NCBI GenBank assembly: GCA_037076615.1
Contig: AP029158.1
Span: forward strand, 636,299 to 700,298
Direction of reading: 5' to 3'
DNA from: Candidatus Parcubacteria bacterium
GTDB lineage: Bacteria > Patescibacteriota > Patescibacteriia > Patescibacteriales > UBA12465
Length of the DNA: 64,000 nucleotides
The notes below the pieces were generated by a model. That model was not told the origin of the DNA. It saw nothing but the letters and a program-made list of their open reading frames with translations, and did no database searches. Shown piece by piece: positions 63,693 to 64,000 of the stretch (its first letter is position 1; each line of letters begins with the position of its first letter). Position numbers and translations under genes: made by a program.

Positions 63693-64000
63693 ATGAGCGA
63701 ACTTTTTTTTAGAAAAACTTTAGACATGGATTTAGTTTTTGAAAAAATGCCAATTCAAGAGGGACAAGTAGTCGCCGAGTTAGGCTGCGGACACTTAGGC
63801 CATTTTGTTTTCCCGCTCGCTAACCGGGTTGGCACCACTGGCACACTTTATGCCGTTGATATTATTCGGGAAATTTTAGACGATATTAAAAAACGTGCTC
63901 ACTTGGAGAATCTACCGCAAATAAAAACTGTTTGGACCAACCTAGAAGTATTTAAAGGCGCAGATATTAAATCCGGGACCGTAGAAACTGCTTTTTTAAT
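63693..64000 (+). CDS. class I SAM-dependent methyltransferase (partial, runs off the window)
   Basis: Open frame from the ATG at 63693 to the window end; motif I VAELGCGHLGHF and YAVDI. Confidence 0.6.
   Translation, partial: MSELFFRKTLDMDLVFEKMPIQEGQVVAELGCGHLGHFVFPLANRVGTTGTLYAVDIIREILDDIKKRAHLENLPQIKTVWTNLEVFKGADIKSGTVETAFL

Overview
The window looks like a compact, gene-dense, moderately AT-rich bacterial chromosome segment. The gene set resembles a reduced-genome Patescibacteria/CPR-type organism; this is inference from Lys-rich protein tails, VirB2-like pilin, a lone ComEC MBL domain and tRNAs without encoded CCA. Most of it is housekeeping. It encodes five aminoacyl-tRNA ligase genes (pheST, valS, glyQS, argS), topA, der, pth, efp, rpsF-ssb-rpsR, rplS, tsaD/tsaE, ychF, smc, lspA, a UvrA-like protein, an ECF sigma pair and 11 tRNAs. 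The clearest accessory region starts right after tRNA-Ser(CGA) at about 40.9 kb and runs to about 49.5 kb, possibly to tRNA-Asp at 52.8 kb. It carries degenerate copies of the tRNA 3' end, a 32-bp direct-repeat pair bracketing about 6.3 kb, a truncated DDE transposase and a frameshifted Nudix gene. It also holds the best candidate for an undescribed system, a tightly coupled operon. That operon encodes an XRE regulator, an anticodon-domain-less AsnRS/AspRS-type ligase, two SAM methyltransferases and an MccF-like S66 peptidase, facing a HisRS/HisZ-like paralog. Other notable items follow. One is a 1003-aa tandem double PilB/GspE ATPase in an operon with a translin-family protein and a phosphoesterase. 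Another is a promoter/terminator-bounded rod-shaped small RNA candidate. There is a tRNA-Ile with a UAU anticodon and a duplicated tRNA-Glu 3' end bracketing a structured GC-rich segment. There is also a histone-H1-like Lys/Ala/Pro repeat protein and a UvrA lacking the UvrB-binding domain. No CRISPR array or rRNA was seen.
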